Origin: Eledone cirrhosa
Taxonomy: Eukaryota
DNA length: 64,000 bases
Direction: 5' to 3'
Assembly: GCA_964016885.1 (NCBI GenBank)
Contig: OZ024745.1
Span: 41,354,001 to 41,418,000, forward strand
Shown here: in pieces, positions 1 through 15,372 of the stretch
Position numbering within the stretch: the first letter of the stretch is position 1
Layout: each line of letters opens with the position of its first letter
Made by a program: the position numbers and the translations under genes
The notes under the pieces: model-generated
What the model saw: the letters and a program-made list of their open reading frames with translations, nothing else
What the model was told of the DNA's origin: nothing
Database searches by the model: none

Positions 1-77
1 AGAAAACCCACACAGATAGATGGAACGGGTGGACCAGAGCCATACGGACACCCGAAAACCACGATGAACTGAAGAAA

Positions 78-1394
78 ATGATTGCACATGCGGTAGGGGC
101 CAGCATAAAATTAACCCTTAAGGAACATATGTTCAAATTTAATGGTAAAACATATTCCCAAGAGGAAGGAGCAGCCATTGGTGTTAGCATTGCAGGCGAC
201 ATAGCTAACTTATTCATGGTATGGTGGGACAGTAGACTTAAACAAAAACTTAAAGAACAATTAGAAGACAGCTTAACCCTGATAATGTACTCCCGCTACG
301 TAGATGATATAAACATCGTAGTTAAGACACCCCCTCTAAAGAACAGTCAGGAACTAGAGAAAAACACAATGGAAAGCATCCAGTAAATAGCAAACTCCAT
401 CCACCAGAGCATTAGAGTTACTATAGACTACCTAAGTAGACACCCCAACCATCGATTACCTGTACTAGACACAGAGCTCTGGTTAGATACCATTAACAAC
501 CAAAAACAAATCCTCCATTCCCATTATGCCAAACCCATGACTTCCAAACATCTGATCCACCGAAACTCGGCCATTTCGGACCATACCAAAATCAACATAC
601 TGATTGCGGATTTGGTACGGGTGATGAGAAATGTGTCCCGCATGTGCAACCCCGAAGAACTAGAGAGACACATACAACACTTCATCCACCGTATGCAGTT
701 CTCTGGCTACAATCATAGAGATAGAATCAGAGTGTATAAAGGAGTCAGAACCAAATGGGAAAAAATGGTAAATAATGACATAAATGGGACCTGCCCCTTG
801 TATAGGAGCAAATTTTGGAATAGAATAGAAAGAACTAGGAACAAGGCCAATAGAATAAACTCATGGTATGATAGCAATAAATACCAGAGTGTAATGTTCA
901 TCAATACAACCCCTAGAGGCGAACTAGCCTACAAATTTAGAAGGGCCCTAAATAAACATAATCTCAATATTAAGATAGTAGAAAGACCAGGTACCTCCGT
1001 AAAAACACTTATTAGCAAGACATACCCGTTCCAAAGACCCTCATGTATAGATAAGAAATGTATAACCTGTAAAGTAAGCCCCCATATTAACTGTAAAACT
1101 AGAAATGTAGTGTATAGCATAAGATGTACAGAAGGACAATGTAGAAACAAAAATATAGTGTACATAGGTGAGACAGCTCGTAGTATAGGGGAACGAATAA
1201 ATGAACACTGGCGAGACCTCCAAGATAATAAAGAATCATCTGTACTCTACCAACATGCTAAGATAGAACACAGGGGTAGACTAGAGAACATAGAAATAAA
1301 AATAGAATCCACACACAGAAAAGACGCAATGTTTAGGCAAATTACAGAGGCAGTAAGCATAAAAGAATTAAAACCAAAATTAAATAGAAAATAG
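78..1394 (+). pseudogene. PLE RT/GIY-YIG ORF with nonsense mutations
   Basis: ORFs 78..386 and 537..1394 share a frame, and the frame reads through TAA at 384-386 (IQ*IANSIH..LPVLD). The TAG at 1392-1394 is followed by EWNS and is probably also premature. Confidence 0.88.
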
Positions 1395-1727
1395 GAGTGG
1401 AACAGCAACATCACAACTTACAATTAAGGACAAAATGAAAACACACACAGGACAAAATGAAAACACACACACATAGAACAAACAACTTACAATTAAGGAC
1501 AAAATGAAAACACACACAGGACAAAATGAAAACACACACACACATAGAACAAACAACCAACCAACAATAAATAAATAAATAAATAAACAAATAGATAAAT
1601 GAACACAAACACACACAGACACCCGGATGTGGCGCATGCGCAAACTGAGCACACAACACACACACAGAAACAAAATGGCGTAGGATAGAAGAAAGGAAAG
1701 GCACAGAAATAAAGGAAAGGAATCCCC

Positions 1728-1772
1728 AGTCACTGAAGAGGTCACAGAGTGTGTGACGAAAGGACTATGACT
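1728..1772 (+). ncRNA. Minimal type I hammerhead ribozyme (family A)
   Basis: agtca-CTGAAGA-g-gtcac/gtgac-GAAA-g-ga-c-TA-tgact. Confidence 0.8.
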
Positions 1773-1930
1773 ATATATAAACAACTATCTGGTTGTGGAA
1801 CCAACCAACCAACCAGAAATTTATAAGTTTGTAAATTTGTAAATTTATAAATTTATAAATATATAATAAATTGAAGTAAAAGCAACTGGTGCGTATGTTT
1901 CTTATTGGCAACATGACCCTCCCAAAGTAT

Positions 1931-2332
<402 letters not shown>

Positions 2333-2519
2333 AGTTATAAATGTTGTCTTAGCTGGAGCTAATCATGTTGCCAATCTTGCCAATAAAAAGACAGATGCAC
2401 TATTTCATGTTCACATCTCTTTTCTTATTAATAACTAGTTTGTATTTGTTTCTTTATAATAAACATCACTTTTGTTCTTTCAGTTCTGACTGGTAGTCAT
2501 GACTCGCCATACAGCAAAT

Positions 2520-2896
2520 GTTGTACCAAAGAGGCCCAGATAGTCAGGAAGTGAAGGCCGGTGAGTCTTCCCTGTTCCCATTTGAGGCCGTGTGGAGGAT
2601 ACCGCATTGGACTTCTTCATGGAGTAATCCAACACCAACGTGTACAGAAGGGGAACAATGCACAACCACATCGCACTCCAGAGACGTCAAAGAAACTTCC
2701 ATGTTTCTAATGGCTGTCGTCCAGTAAAGTAATTTTGCGGTGTTGGTGTAAGTAGTAGGCACTCCATACAGTGCAACAATCTTCTATGGAGATCCAATGT
2801 GCACATTGCCGCAGGCCTTCTCGAAAATGAATAAATTGATCTCAAGTGACAGCTGGAAATCTCCACTCAGATCAATGGTGTTGCATAGCGTAACGA

Positions 2897-2897
<1 letters not shown>
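2520..2897 (-). pseudogene. Degraded non-LTR (RTE-like) reverse transcriptase fragment
   Basis: LFIFEKACGNVH..KIVALYGVP..KLLY and PLLYTLVLDYSMKK resemble the LINE RT motifs FIDFEKAFDSV and PLLFxxVLDYVMR. Confidence 0.6.
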
Positions 2898-2953
<56 letters not shown>

Positions 2954-3651
2954 TATATATATACTTCATATATATTTCATCTTTATATTTGATTATATAT
3001 ATATGTATGTATTTATATATATATATATATCATGTATATTTCATCTATATATATATATATTATTATATGAAGTACTATGTCTTAAGATAAACTATTTATA
3101 TGCATATCCACGTTTATGATTTTCCACGTATGTTTGTATGCATAAGTGTATGTGTGTTTCGTCTTACTGTTTTGAATGTACGTGTTTAAATTTCGCTAAC
3201 AACTCTGTGTGTGTATGTGTGTGTGTGTCTGTGTGTGTGCATGTGTGTGTGTTAGTGTGTTCTGTGTGTGTTTATGTATGAGTTATTGGGTGTGTATATG
3301 TTTGATTGAACAAAATGTTTGGTTTTTCCTAAGTGTAATCAAATATGTAATTGCATTTTTCAACGTAATTACGTCTTATTTAATTACCTGGAATTTTCTA
3401 AAGGCAGAATGTTTTCGCTATAGGAGAAAATTAAATATTAATTGGTCCGTATCGCAAATTTTGTTGGACAACTTACATTGTAGCAACAACAACAATAACA
3501 ACATCAAAAGGTATGTCGAGCAATGTTACAATAACAACAGCTATATATATATATATATATATATATCAACAAACACACACACATAAATATAGATCACCAA
3601 TAGTATCAATAGCCATACCATCAACATTGCTAACAACAACAATTTGATATT

Positions 3652-3845
3652 AATAATTGTTTCCACTTTTGGCACAAGGCCAGCAATTACCCAGTGAATT
3701 ACTGGTACTTTTTATTTTATCGACCCCGTAAGGATGAAAGGCAAAGTTAACCTCGGCGGGATTTGAACTCAGAATGGCAAGGGCCGTAACTCTATGCGTC
3801 AAAGCATGGCGTCCGACCCTCTACCGATACTGCCAATCCACCGCC
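3652..3845 (-). mobile_element. tRNA-derived SINE family 1 (partial copies at 4041-4131 and 17093-17183)
   Basis: Minus strand begins GGCGGTGGATTGGCAG (A box), has B box GAGTTCAAATCC, a central GCCTTTCATCCTTACGGGGTCGATAAAA block and an ATT tail. Confidence 0.88.
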
Positions 3846-4632
3846 ATTTTATATCAATAATACATAGGAAATACATCCAACACTACCGAAAGGAACATCA
3901 CCCACATCACAGACAACAGCTATATTAACAGGCCTAATACAACCACCGCCTTATCCAACAAATCAACATCAGGCAACTTAATAAAAAAAATAGCAATAAA
4001 CATCATCTCAAGAAAAACTCCAGCACGAGGAATAACAACGAATAATTGTTTCTACTTTTGGCACAAGGCCAGCAATTATCCCAGTGCATTACTGGTACTT
4101 TATTTTATCGACCCCGTAAGGATGAAAGGCAATAACAACAAATAATGACAATCTATAACAATAATAACAACCATATCAAATACAACAGCAACAACATCTA
4201 TAAAATGCTAATCTACAACTATGTTTACAACGACAACAAATATAAAATCCACCAATAACAATAATTACAGCAACAACAATATGAAGGCCATTAACAAGAA
4301 ATCATAATTAACAATAAGATTGGAATCAATAACATTAACAATAAGAAAATCAATAAGAATACATAATGAACAACAAAATGGATGACAAGAAAAACAACAT
4401 CAACCATGACTACGACCACAACAACAATTATAACAAAATAACGATGACTAAAACAGCAACAGAAATAATAACAAAACTAATACGAAAAATATCGGCAACA
4501 ATAACATGAAAACGCAATAAATAGATTGAAGAAGTATCGATTAAGGAAACAACAAAACTAAAATGCTAAGTGAAAAACACCAGCAGTAAATACAGTGAAA
4601 ATAACACCAACAGTAACTAATATTGTCTTGTT

Positions 4633-4930
4633 GGAGCTCCGTCTCTTCTGACGTGTAGTGCCCTAGTTGCTCGAACAGAACAGCGCGCTCGGGAAATTAA
4701 GATGCAACTAGCGGAACATTCCATGAACTCGTGCTCTCTTAACTTTATTCTCAGCGTGACACATTGTGTGAGATGGCTGGTTCTTTAGATTTTAGGTACA
4801 ACACATTCTTGCCAGCTGGGTGAAATGGGTTAACTTGAAATAAAGTGTCGTACTCAAGAACACAACGCTACAATGGGAATCTAACTGAGGAACTTACTAT
4901 CGTAGGATGAACACGCTAACCACTAAGCCG
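4633..4930 (-). mobile_element. tRNA-derived SINE family 2, diverged
   Basis: Minus strand head GGCTTAGTGGTTAG; homologous to 59135-59412. Confidence 0.7.
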
Positions 4931-6544
4931 TTCAAATTTACTACCAACAGTTAATACAGTGAAAACACCAACTGTGATTACAGTAAAAAACACCAACAGT
5001 AACCACTTAGAAAACATTATGTGTAATTTCCGTTGAATGAATGAAATAATGTTGTTGTTGTTGTTACACTATATATGATGTATGCTGTGTACTGGCGGCA
5101 ATATAAGGGGGACTGCTGTATATGTTGGTTATTATGATGATAATGATGTTGATGGTGATGTTGGTGGTGAAGGTGGTGATGCTGCTGCTGGTGGTGGTAT
5201 GGCTACTGGAGCTGGTGCTGGAGATGATGGATATGTTGGTAGTGATGTTCTTGTTTTTGTTGACTTGGTTCTTGTTAGCAGTGTGATAAGGTTGTTTTTA
5301 TGGTTGTTGTCAGTGGTAGGGTTTTCATTGTTGTTGTTGTTATTGAGGTTGTCGGGGTTTTGCTGGTGGTGGCGCTGTTGGTTTTGGTTGTGGTGCTGGT
5401 GATTTTTTTTTCCTGCCGCGACATGTGTATTCAGCTTGAGACAAACTGGCGTCCCATCGAGTGGAAGGGTTGGAACTGTACTCTCAGTCTCTTAACGAAA
5501 TATGAAAGCAGGATACGATATGGCTTGATAAGCTTCTAGATTCGAAAACGACTTTAAAATTTGGAATGCTCTATTCCAGCAGATTTACAATCAAACTCGT
5601 TCCGCCACATACTGTATATATTTTTTAATCAAAATATATCTAAAATGATATTATCTAACTTACCCTATATATATTACCGTTCCAATACCAAAAGACCTGA
5701 AACCATCAGCCGTTTGTTGAAAAGTGATAATTTCTAAAGAACATTTCTAATTCATTTAAACCTTCCGTCATAATTTTATGAGAGTATTTTGTTACGTTCT
5801 AAACACTAGCTTGATGAAGGTTAGTAAATTCTTAATTATCTATCATAGAAATATGATAACGAAACGGTTAAAGATGATTGCGTGCTTAATATTGGCTCGA
5901 ACCTCCTAGTCATCTGCGATCACTTAAGATATGTATCTTGTTCTCAACTAAACGAAATACAGGAAAGTTATTTGAAGTAAATGGTCGACTATACCACCAG
6001 CAGACGAACAACAACTTTGAAACCAGTGCAAAATACATTAATCTATGTTTAAATACGAGGTTATTTCATGGACGTTAACGTGGAGGAATATTGTATTTGT
6101 CTTAACTTTAGATTTAATGAGATTTCTAAAATATAGATAGTTTCAATAATAGGTTTCTATATGTATAATGATTCAGTACATCTGCGTAATGTTAAGACCA
6201 GCTACGTTACGAAGTTTGGAGATGATGATGTATACACTCTGTAGTTGATATGTATATCAATTAAAGATTAAGAATAAAGAGAATAATTTATACCATTTGC
6301 ACTTGCTTTGACGTGAATACAAATTGAAATAATTATGTACATATGTATTTTTTTCGTTGATCTGCCGCGTGCGATCTTTTGGAATCATATATATGTATGT
6401 GTTATATATATATATACATTCACTATAAAAATAAACACAAAAACAACCCATTCACATTATTATATAATTATTTTTTCACTTATTAGTGACTACATATTTT
6501 CATAATTGTTCGTATAAAACAAATGTTGATGTTAATATAATCCA

Positions 6545-7800
<1,256 letters not shown>

Positions 7801-8306
7801 ATACTGAAAGACACACGAATTGTTGCAATGAATATATGCAAGAGAAAACTTTAATATGAAGAAATTTGAAAGCTAAAAGACAGCTCATTAAATAAACTGG
7901 CAAGGAAGACTGCATACAAAGTTAGTTTATTTTATTTTCCCTACACACGGTCAACTATATTACTACGTCGAAAAAATTGTGTACACTGTAACTCAACATT
8001 AATTATAATAAAAAGAGTATGTAACGCAGTGGGTGCGTTTAATCTTTATGAATATTAATTAATTCTAGCTTAAATGATAAATATCTTGTGAATACATAAT
8101 TCTCTTGTATGTTAAAGCATCGTGTCCTGGAGAAACGCTAGAACTAGAAAGGTGCAAGCTTTAATATCAAGTGGAGTATATGAATTTGTTGGACGTTGAA
8201 TTAGGAAGAACTTTGTAGATTCTTGAAGGTGCTGTTTTATAACATGCGCTCATATGACTGATACATTCTAGGAGGTTATGTAGATGCTACGAATGTGGAC
8301 ATTATA

Positions 8307-8527
8307 GTGGATTGGCAGTATCGGTAGAGAGTCGGACACCTTGCTTTGCAGCATAGAGTTACGGCCCTTTAAGGTCTGAGTTCAAATCCCGCCGAATTAA
8401 CTTTGCCTTTCATGCTTACGGGTTCGATAAAATAAAGCACCAGTAACGCACTGGGGTCGATTTAATCGACTTCCCCCCCCCCCCCCCCGCCAATTACTGA
8501 CCTTGTGCCTATACTAGAAATCATTAT
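8307..8527 (+). mobile_element. tRNA-derived SINE family 1
   Basis: GTGGATTGGCAGTATCGG..GAGTTCAAATCCCGCCG..CCTTTCATGCTTACGGGTTCGATAAAA. Confidence 0.88.
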
Positions 8528-8841
8528 ATCCAACGCAAGACGTAAATTAGGGATACAAATATATTATTTGCAGAGAGAGAGATCTTTATGAAATCCACTT
8601 CTTAATTTCTCCAAATATAGGATGTGACTATTCTACACAGGCACACATATAAACGCACACCTACACACTCTGACACCCACACACCCACACATATATATAT
8701 GTATATATATGCAAAAGTTTTATTTAAGATTGTTGGGTTACAACGAGTAAATATTTTATAACTGATATAAAAGCACTCGACAATTTCTGGAGTAGGTTTA
8801 CGATATTAAACAAATGGAAACTATATTTATAAAACCATATT

Positions 8842-8907
8842 TATTTCGTTATATATATTTCTGGGATATCATATTAAAAATATGTTATGCCTTCCTCAGA
8901 CAAAATA
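8842..8907 (-). ncRNA. Type I hammerhead ribozyme (family B)
   Basis: Minus strand: tattttgt-CTGAGGA-stem II-GAAA-tatata-TA-acgaaata, with an 8-bp stem I. Confidence 0.75.
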
Positions 8908-9055
8908 CAATACATAAGCTGTTTTATAAATAATTAGTGACATACCTTGTAATAATGCAACTTCCTTTTAAAAAGTTGAGTTGGTAGTTGAAAATTGATG
9001 TATGACTATATATATATATATGCACACATATATATATATATATATTATATATATT

Positions 9056-9113
<58 letters not shown>

Positions 9114-9516
9114 TATGTGTATATATATATATATGTATATACATATATATGTATATATATATAGTATATATATATATGTATATATATATTAACCAAATAT
9201 TTCAAAATATTAACCAAAACGCTGTAATATTCTTGAAACCAATTTTAGTAACTAAATATGCTTCTATGGCTGAAATATTTTATTCGGGCGTCCTTGATTT
9301 ACCACCACTTCCATTATACGTCACGATCACAGATACGTACGGGAAAAACAGGCCTCTAGTATTACCAGTTTGATTCAAAAAACAGAGCTTTATAGGCATT
9401 AAAACATTCAGACGTAATTGGATTTAGGAACGCTCTTGTTCCAAAAGAAGGATACCGAACTAATAAATAAATATGAAAATACACACACACACACACATAC
9501 ACATATATATATATAT

Positions 9517-10620
9517 AGGAGAAATTATGACCCCGACGGCAGAGCTCAAGCCGTTTCGACGGCTATTTCTGGACTAAAGTAAGAGTTATTGGTAAATAAA
9601 TAGCCGAACTTTTCAAGGGGTACTTCCTTATATGGGGAGATTATAGTTGTCAAGAGGATTGGTCAAATGTGTAGCAGACACAGAAAAGTCTATCATGGAA
9701 GTGGGTGCGGGTTTGGGTGGCTGTACTTGCCTGTAGAACAATAGGGGAGTGGGTAGAGCCGGTCAAGCGTTGAAGGTGAAATCTACACGGCAAATTCTAA
9801 GGAATGTGTATGAAAGTAGGCCAGGGGAGTTAGGAGAAAAAAGGTTTCTTTAGAAAATGGAGAAGGGACGTTATAGAAAAGGTAAATCAAATGAGAATTA
9901 GGGGACAAAGAAAAAATATAATAAAAAAGAATATAATAAAAAATGAGAGAGATATATCAGAATGTAAGATTGGAAAGTGAGAAGTGAAATAAAACAAAAA
10001 CTAAGGAGTCTAACACCGCTGCTATATTTAGTTGGTGCTGCTTTTTCGGCCAATGCTATAGAATGGGTTGCTAGATGAGAATTATTGAAAATTTAGAAAT
10101 GGGTACTAAAAATTAATACCACATCTCTGGGGTCTAACACAGCTGTTATGAATAGTTAGTATAGCGTAATCGGCGAATGCTATCTGTAAGTTACTGGGTT
10201 GGGGGTACTGAGGCTAAAGAGGCCCGATCGGCTGTCTCAGGGTAGGCGAAAGGGGGAAAAAACAAAGGAACGAACGAGGAAGAAGTTCGGTGGTGGAAAG
10301 AAGTGATAGGAGACAAAGGGAAGAAGAAAACACAGAGGAAAAGAAAAGGGGTACATCTACCTATATAAGTTGGGGTTTTCCCTATCTTATTCGGCAAGTG
10401 GGGTTTTTTCGCCCTTGTCTACCTACCCGGTAAGTCTTCCGCAATCTGTGTTTGGATGCAGTTACCAGTTCATCTTTTACCAGTCCAGAAATAGCCGTCG
10501 AAACGGTTTGAGCTCTGCCGTCAGGGTCATAATTTCTCCTATTACCCACTCTACTACTCTAAGTATTGAGTACTCTGGTGCGTTATGGTCCATCTGGTTC
10601 CTTACCACAACTCCTTTGTT
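9517..10620. mobile_element. Non-coding pseudo-LTR-type element, family C (minus copy plus partial plus-strand copy at ~10480-10620)
   Basis: Homologous to 49562-50810; inverted arrangement; flanked by (TA)n. Confidence 0.7.
9530..9621 (-). ncRNA. Hammerhead ribozyme, U3-A8 core variant (family C)
   Basis: Minus strand: acccc-TTGAAAA-gttcggcta..tagccgtc-GAAA-cggc/gccg-TC-ggggt. Confidence 0.75.
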
Positions 10621-10827
10621 ATATATATATATATATATTTGTAGATAAATGTACCAAAATATACAGTAGTGTCCAATCCGTATGAAGAACTCAATGTAAT
10701 CCAAATATCATGAAAAGAGAAGATGCATTCAAAGATTTTCGATGAAAATCATAGGAAAACAGAGTTAAGATAAATTAATAAAAACAATGAATAAAAACAA
10801 AGAACAAGTTCCTTATATTAAAAAATT

Positions 10828-10963
10828 CATCATTTTACGATCGTTTCTAGGATATATATATGTGTGTTGGTATGTATATCATATTGATCTATGTAAAAAT
10901 ATTACAAACTATCAGAGGAAATATACATACCTTCACATATATATGCTGTCTTCAGAAATAATG
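10828..10963 (-). ncRNA. Hammerhead ribozyme with ~100-nt stem II (family D, inverted copy)
   Basis: Minus strand: cattattt-CTGAAGA-long stem-GAAA-cgatcg-TA-aaatgatg. Confidence 0.78.
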
Positions 10964-13250
10964 AGATTTGTTTATTGAAAAAAACCAACAAAGATTTAAT
11001 ATGTTTGGGAACAGGTTTTTAATTGACAAATAGAAAAGTAGTAAGAGGTCAAGTTGATAGAATAGTAGTAGTAGAAATTTAATTTAGAGGTGTGCAGACT
11101 TATGTTTTGAATAGAAAGAATACTTTGAATGAAAAGAATACTTTGGGGATGAAAAGAGGTCAAGCCGGTGAAGTGTACACGAAAATTTGATGTTATTAAA
11201 GAATAGTGTTAAAAACGAAGGAAAGTAAAATTTTAGGGTAAGTGAGAAATACCAATCTTATTTAAACCACAAGCAATTTAGATCTATAACAAGAAATTAA
11301 ATTAATTAATAGGTATACTTATAGGGATAAATTTATATTACTTCATATGGATGTGATAAATAAGAATTAGATGTTATTAAAGAATGCTGTTAAAAACGAA
11401 GGAAAATGAAATTTTGGGATAAGGGTAGTAGTTAGAAATACCAATCTTATATAAACTTCAAGAAATCTAGATTCATAACAGGAAATTAAATTAATTTATA
11501 TGTATACTTTTATGAATTAATTTTAGGAAAAGAGAGCTGTAAGAGGGAAATAAAATTATGAAGTTCTCTGTAGTAAAGTACTAATTATAGCTTAACTAAA
11601 TTTAAAAAGATAATTATAATAATATGTAAAATATAAGTGTAAGGTGTATATTAATTAGGTTTATAATATTTGAAAGTTCTTCTAATTCTATGATTGCAAG
11701 ATATAATTAATTCTTGTCGCTTATTTAATAGGATATCCTTAGATTTCATTATTTCAAAAAGTTCCTGGGAACATAATCTACACTCATATCTGTTATTTTG
11801 ATAAGGGGTGGCCCTTTTGAACACACTCCAGGTCAGGTAGTAATCGATATTCTTTTTTCTATAATTATTAATTCTTTCAGCCAAGGATGTTGTATTAGCT
11901 AATCTTAACCTATCAGAAATCGAAAAAAATAAAAAACTTATTAGAACTTTCCTCAAAGACTATTACAATCTCACTATTACATTTGAAAAGACCAGTAAAA
12001 TAGTTAATTTCCTAGATATAACTTTAGACTTATCTACGGGTATCTACCAACCTTACCATAAGCCTAACCAAAACTTACATTACATACACTCACAATCCAA
12101 TCACCCTAGATCTATCCTTAAAAACCTAGCATATAATATCTCACTCAGAATCTCTAAACTTTCATCTAACCAGGATATATTCGATAAAAATGCGCCCTTT
12201 TATAACGAAGCTTTAGCTAGAAGCGACCACAAAAACAAATTAGTCTATATACCTTGCACCAATAATACTTCAAACATACAACCCAATATTACCAACAAAC
12301 ACCAAATGAAAAACCCACACCTAAATACCACTCACACTACACCCCAAAATACCAACCTAAAACTTAATTTCTCTACCTCTTCTCACATAAAATATAATGA
12401 CTTTCAAAAAACCATTCATCCTAATACTCCAATATACGTTAATAACATTACTAACAAAATTCCTAATAATCAGACTAAAACACCTAAATCAGTTAATCTA
12501 ACTAAACCTATATATAATAAATTCACTAATAGTAACTCTCTTAGTAAACATCCTGATACATCGTATAAATATAAAAAAACAATATCGAAACCGTAATAGA
12601 CGGGTCACTTGGTATAATGCTCTATTTAATCTACAAATTAAAGATGTTTACTATCCTAGAGAAAAAGTTCCCGCCAAACCATAAATACCATCAAATTTTA
12701 AATAGATCAACTGTCAAATTTTCCTACTCCACTGCCAAAAATATACAACAAAATATAAGTGCGTACAACGCATATAAATGTAAAGAAATCACGAATAAAC
12801 CACCAACACATCAAACCAACCATAATACTAAAATAAACCACAACAAACTACCATCTCCTTCACATATAACAAATTAAATAAATCCCACACCAAATTTGAC
12901 TAACTCCCCCGATATAATATTCACGAATGGTTGTAACTGTAGAAACAAAAGAAATTGCCCATTAAAGGGAAATTGTCTTATTAATAACATAGTAAAATTA
13001 GCACTAAGGACTCCACTTATTCATATATAGGAGCTACGTCTAACCAATTTAAAGTAAGACTTAATACCCACAAACATAGTTTTAAAAATGCCGCATTAGC
13101 TAATACAACATCCTTGGCTGAAACAATTAATAATTATAGAAAAAAGATTATCGATTACAACCTGACCTGGAGTGTACTCAAAAGGGCCACCCCTTATCAA
13201 AATAACAGATATGAGTGTAGATTATGTTCCCAGGAACTTTTTGAAATAAT

Positions 13251-13436
13251 TGTTTCTACTATTGGCACAAGGCCAGCAATTTTTTAGTAGATTACTGGTA
13301 CTTTATTTTATCGACCTCGTAAGGATGAAAGGCAAAGTTAACCTCGGCGGGATTTGAACTCAGAATGGCAAGGGCCATAACTCTATGCGTCAAAGCATCG
13401 CGTCCGACCCTCTACCGAAACTGCCAATCCACCGCC
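13251..13436 (-). mobile_element. tRNA-derived SINE family 1 inserted in the PLE ORF, with a 25-bp TSD
   Basis: TSD gttcccaggaactttttgaaataat at 13226-13250 and 13587-13611. Confidence 0.9.
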
Positions 13437-13913
13437 CTTCATTATCAACATAGTTTTATGTGTACAAAGATTGCACTAAATATTCGTTTGCATTAATTAT
13501 TGAAGACTTCTGCTTATTTTGACAGGTTGGGAACAAATAATGTTCTTCTTTTACATCCTAGCTGTATATTCTTAGCATAATTTCAAGTTCCCAGGAACTT
13601 TTTGAAATAATGAAATCTAATGATATCCTATTAAATAAGCGACAAGAATTAATTATATCTTGCAATCATAGAATTAGAAGAACTTTCAAATATTATAAAT
13701 CTAATTAATATACACCTTACACTTATATTTTACATATTATTATAATTATTTTTTTTATTTAGTTAAGCTATAATTAGTACTTTACTACAGAGCACTTCAT
13801 AATTTTATTTCCCTCTGACAGCTCTCTTTTCCTAAAATTAATTCCTAAAAGTATACATATAAATTAATTTAATTTCCTGTTATGAATCTAGATTCCTTGT
13901 ATTTTATATAAGA

Positions 13914-14466
13914 CTAGCAGATTTACCCGGCGTTGCTCGGGGTTTGAAATTATGCTAAGAATATACAGCTAGGATGTAAAAGAAGAACATTATTTGTCCC
14001 CAACCTGTCAAAATAAGCAGAAGTCTTCAATAATTAATGCAAACGAATATTTAGTGCAATCTTTGTACACATAAAACTATGTTGATAATGAAGGAAAACA
14101 CTGAACAGGATGTAGTTATACAAATGATTAAAGACAATACACGTTGCAAATCTGTAAAAAAAACAGGCAGTTTTGCTAAATTACAAAAAGTTAATATTTG
14201 GTGAAAAGGTTATATCCCTTTTTTATAATGATTGTCAATAAAGTTTGTTATCTCCGTTACATCAATTTTTCTACCGATAATTTTGATATCGATTTTTTTT
14301 TGCTCAACGTGGGTAGATTCGAAAAATGTTTGTGACGTAACAATCTTAGCGACCTGTGCAACGTGCACAGAAAATTTGGTCAAATTCAGTTGGTAATTGT
14401 GAAAGCCTTATGCATGCCAAGTTGTACACAGACACACACACATCCTCGCTTTTATATATATAAAGA
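13914..14466 (-). mobile_element. Non-autonomous Helitron (553 bp)
   Basis: Minus strand starts TC and ends with hairpin CCCGAGCAACGCCGGG followed by ..CTAG. It is inserted between A and T with no TSD; the empty site tatataagattggtattt is present in the inverted arm near 11440. Confidence 0.9.
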
Positions 14467-15145
14467 TTGGTATTTCCATCTACTACCCTTATCCCCAAAT
14501 TTTATTTTCCTTCGTTTTTAACAACATTCTTTAATAACATCTAATTCTTATTTATCACATCCATATGAAGTAATATAAATTTATCCCTATAAGTACACCT
14601 ATCAATTAATTTAATTCCTTGCTATAGATCTAGATTCCTAGTGGTTTAAATAAGATTGGTATTTCTCACTTACCCTAAAATTTTACTTTCCTTCGTTTTT
14701 AACAACATTCTTTAATAACATCTAATTCTTATTTATCACATCCATATGAAGTAATATAAATTTATCCCTATAAGTACACCTATCAATTAATTTAATTCCT
14801 TGCTATAGATCTAGATTCCTAGTGGTTTAAATAAGATTGGTATTTCTCACTTACCCTAAAATTTTACTTTCTTTCGTTTTTAACACTATTCTTTAATAAC
14901 ATCAAATTTTCGTGTACCCTTCACCGGCTAGACCTCTTTTCATCCCCAAAGTATTCTTTTCATTCAAAGTATTCTTTCTATTCAAAACGTAAGTCTACAC
15001 CCCTCTTCCCCTAAATTAAATTTCTACTACCACTATTCTATCAACTTGACCTGTTACTACTTTTCTATTGGTCAATTCAAAACCTGTTCCCAAACAGACC
15101 TATTATATTAAATCTTTGTTGTTGTTTTTTTCAATAAACAAATCT

Positions 15146-15281
15146 CATTATTTCTGAAGACAGCATATATATGTGAAGGTATGTATATTTCCTCTGATAG
15201 TTTGTAATATTTTTACATAGATCTATATGATATACATACCAACACACATATATATATCCTAGAAACGATCGTAAACTGATG
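15146..15281 (+). ncRNA. Hammerhead ribozyme with ~100-nt stem II (family D)
   Basis: cattattt-CTGAAGA-..-GAAA-cgatcg-TA-aactgatg. Confidence 0.75.
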
Positions 15282-15333
15282 AATTTTTTTATATAAAGAA
15301 CTTGTTCTTTGTTTTTATTCATTGTTTTTATTA

Positions 15334-15372
<39 letters not shown>

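Larger units (their letters stand above)
10773..15338 (+). mobile_element. 5'-truncated PLE with an inverted 5' copy of its 3' end (10773-11903); hosts nested SINE and Helitron insertions
   Basis: Plus strand from ~11915 encodes VNFLDITLDL..SNHP (RT thumb), CNCRNKRNCPLKGNCL, YIGATSNQFKVRLNTH and CRLCSQE..LLNKR. The left arm is the reverse complement of ~13095-15338 without the insertions. Confidence 0.9.

Noticed and set aside
3652-3845. tRNA gene
   Set aside because: The A/B boxes belong to a multi-copy SINE head with a body and tail.
5082-5539. Gly/Val-rich membrane-protein-like ORFs
   Set aside because: They derive from degenerate trinucleotide repeats (GAT/GGT/GTT).
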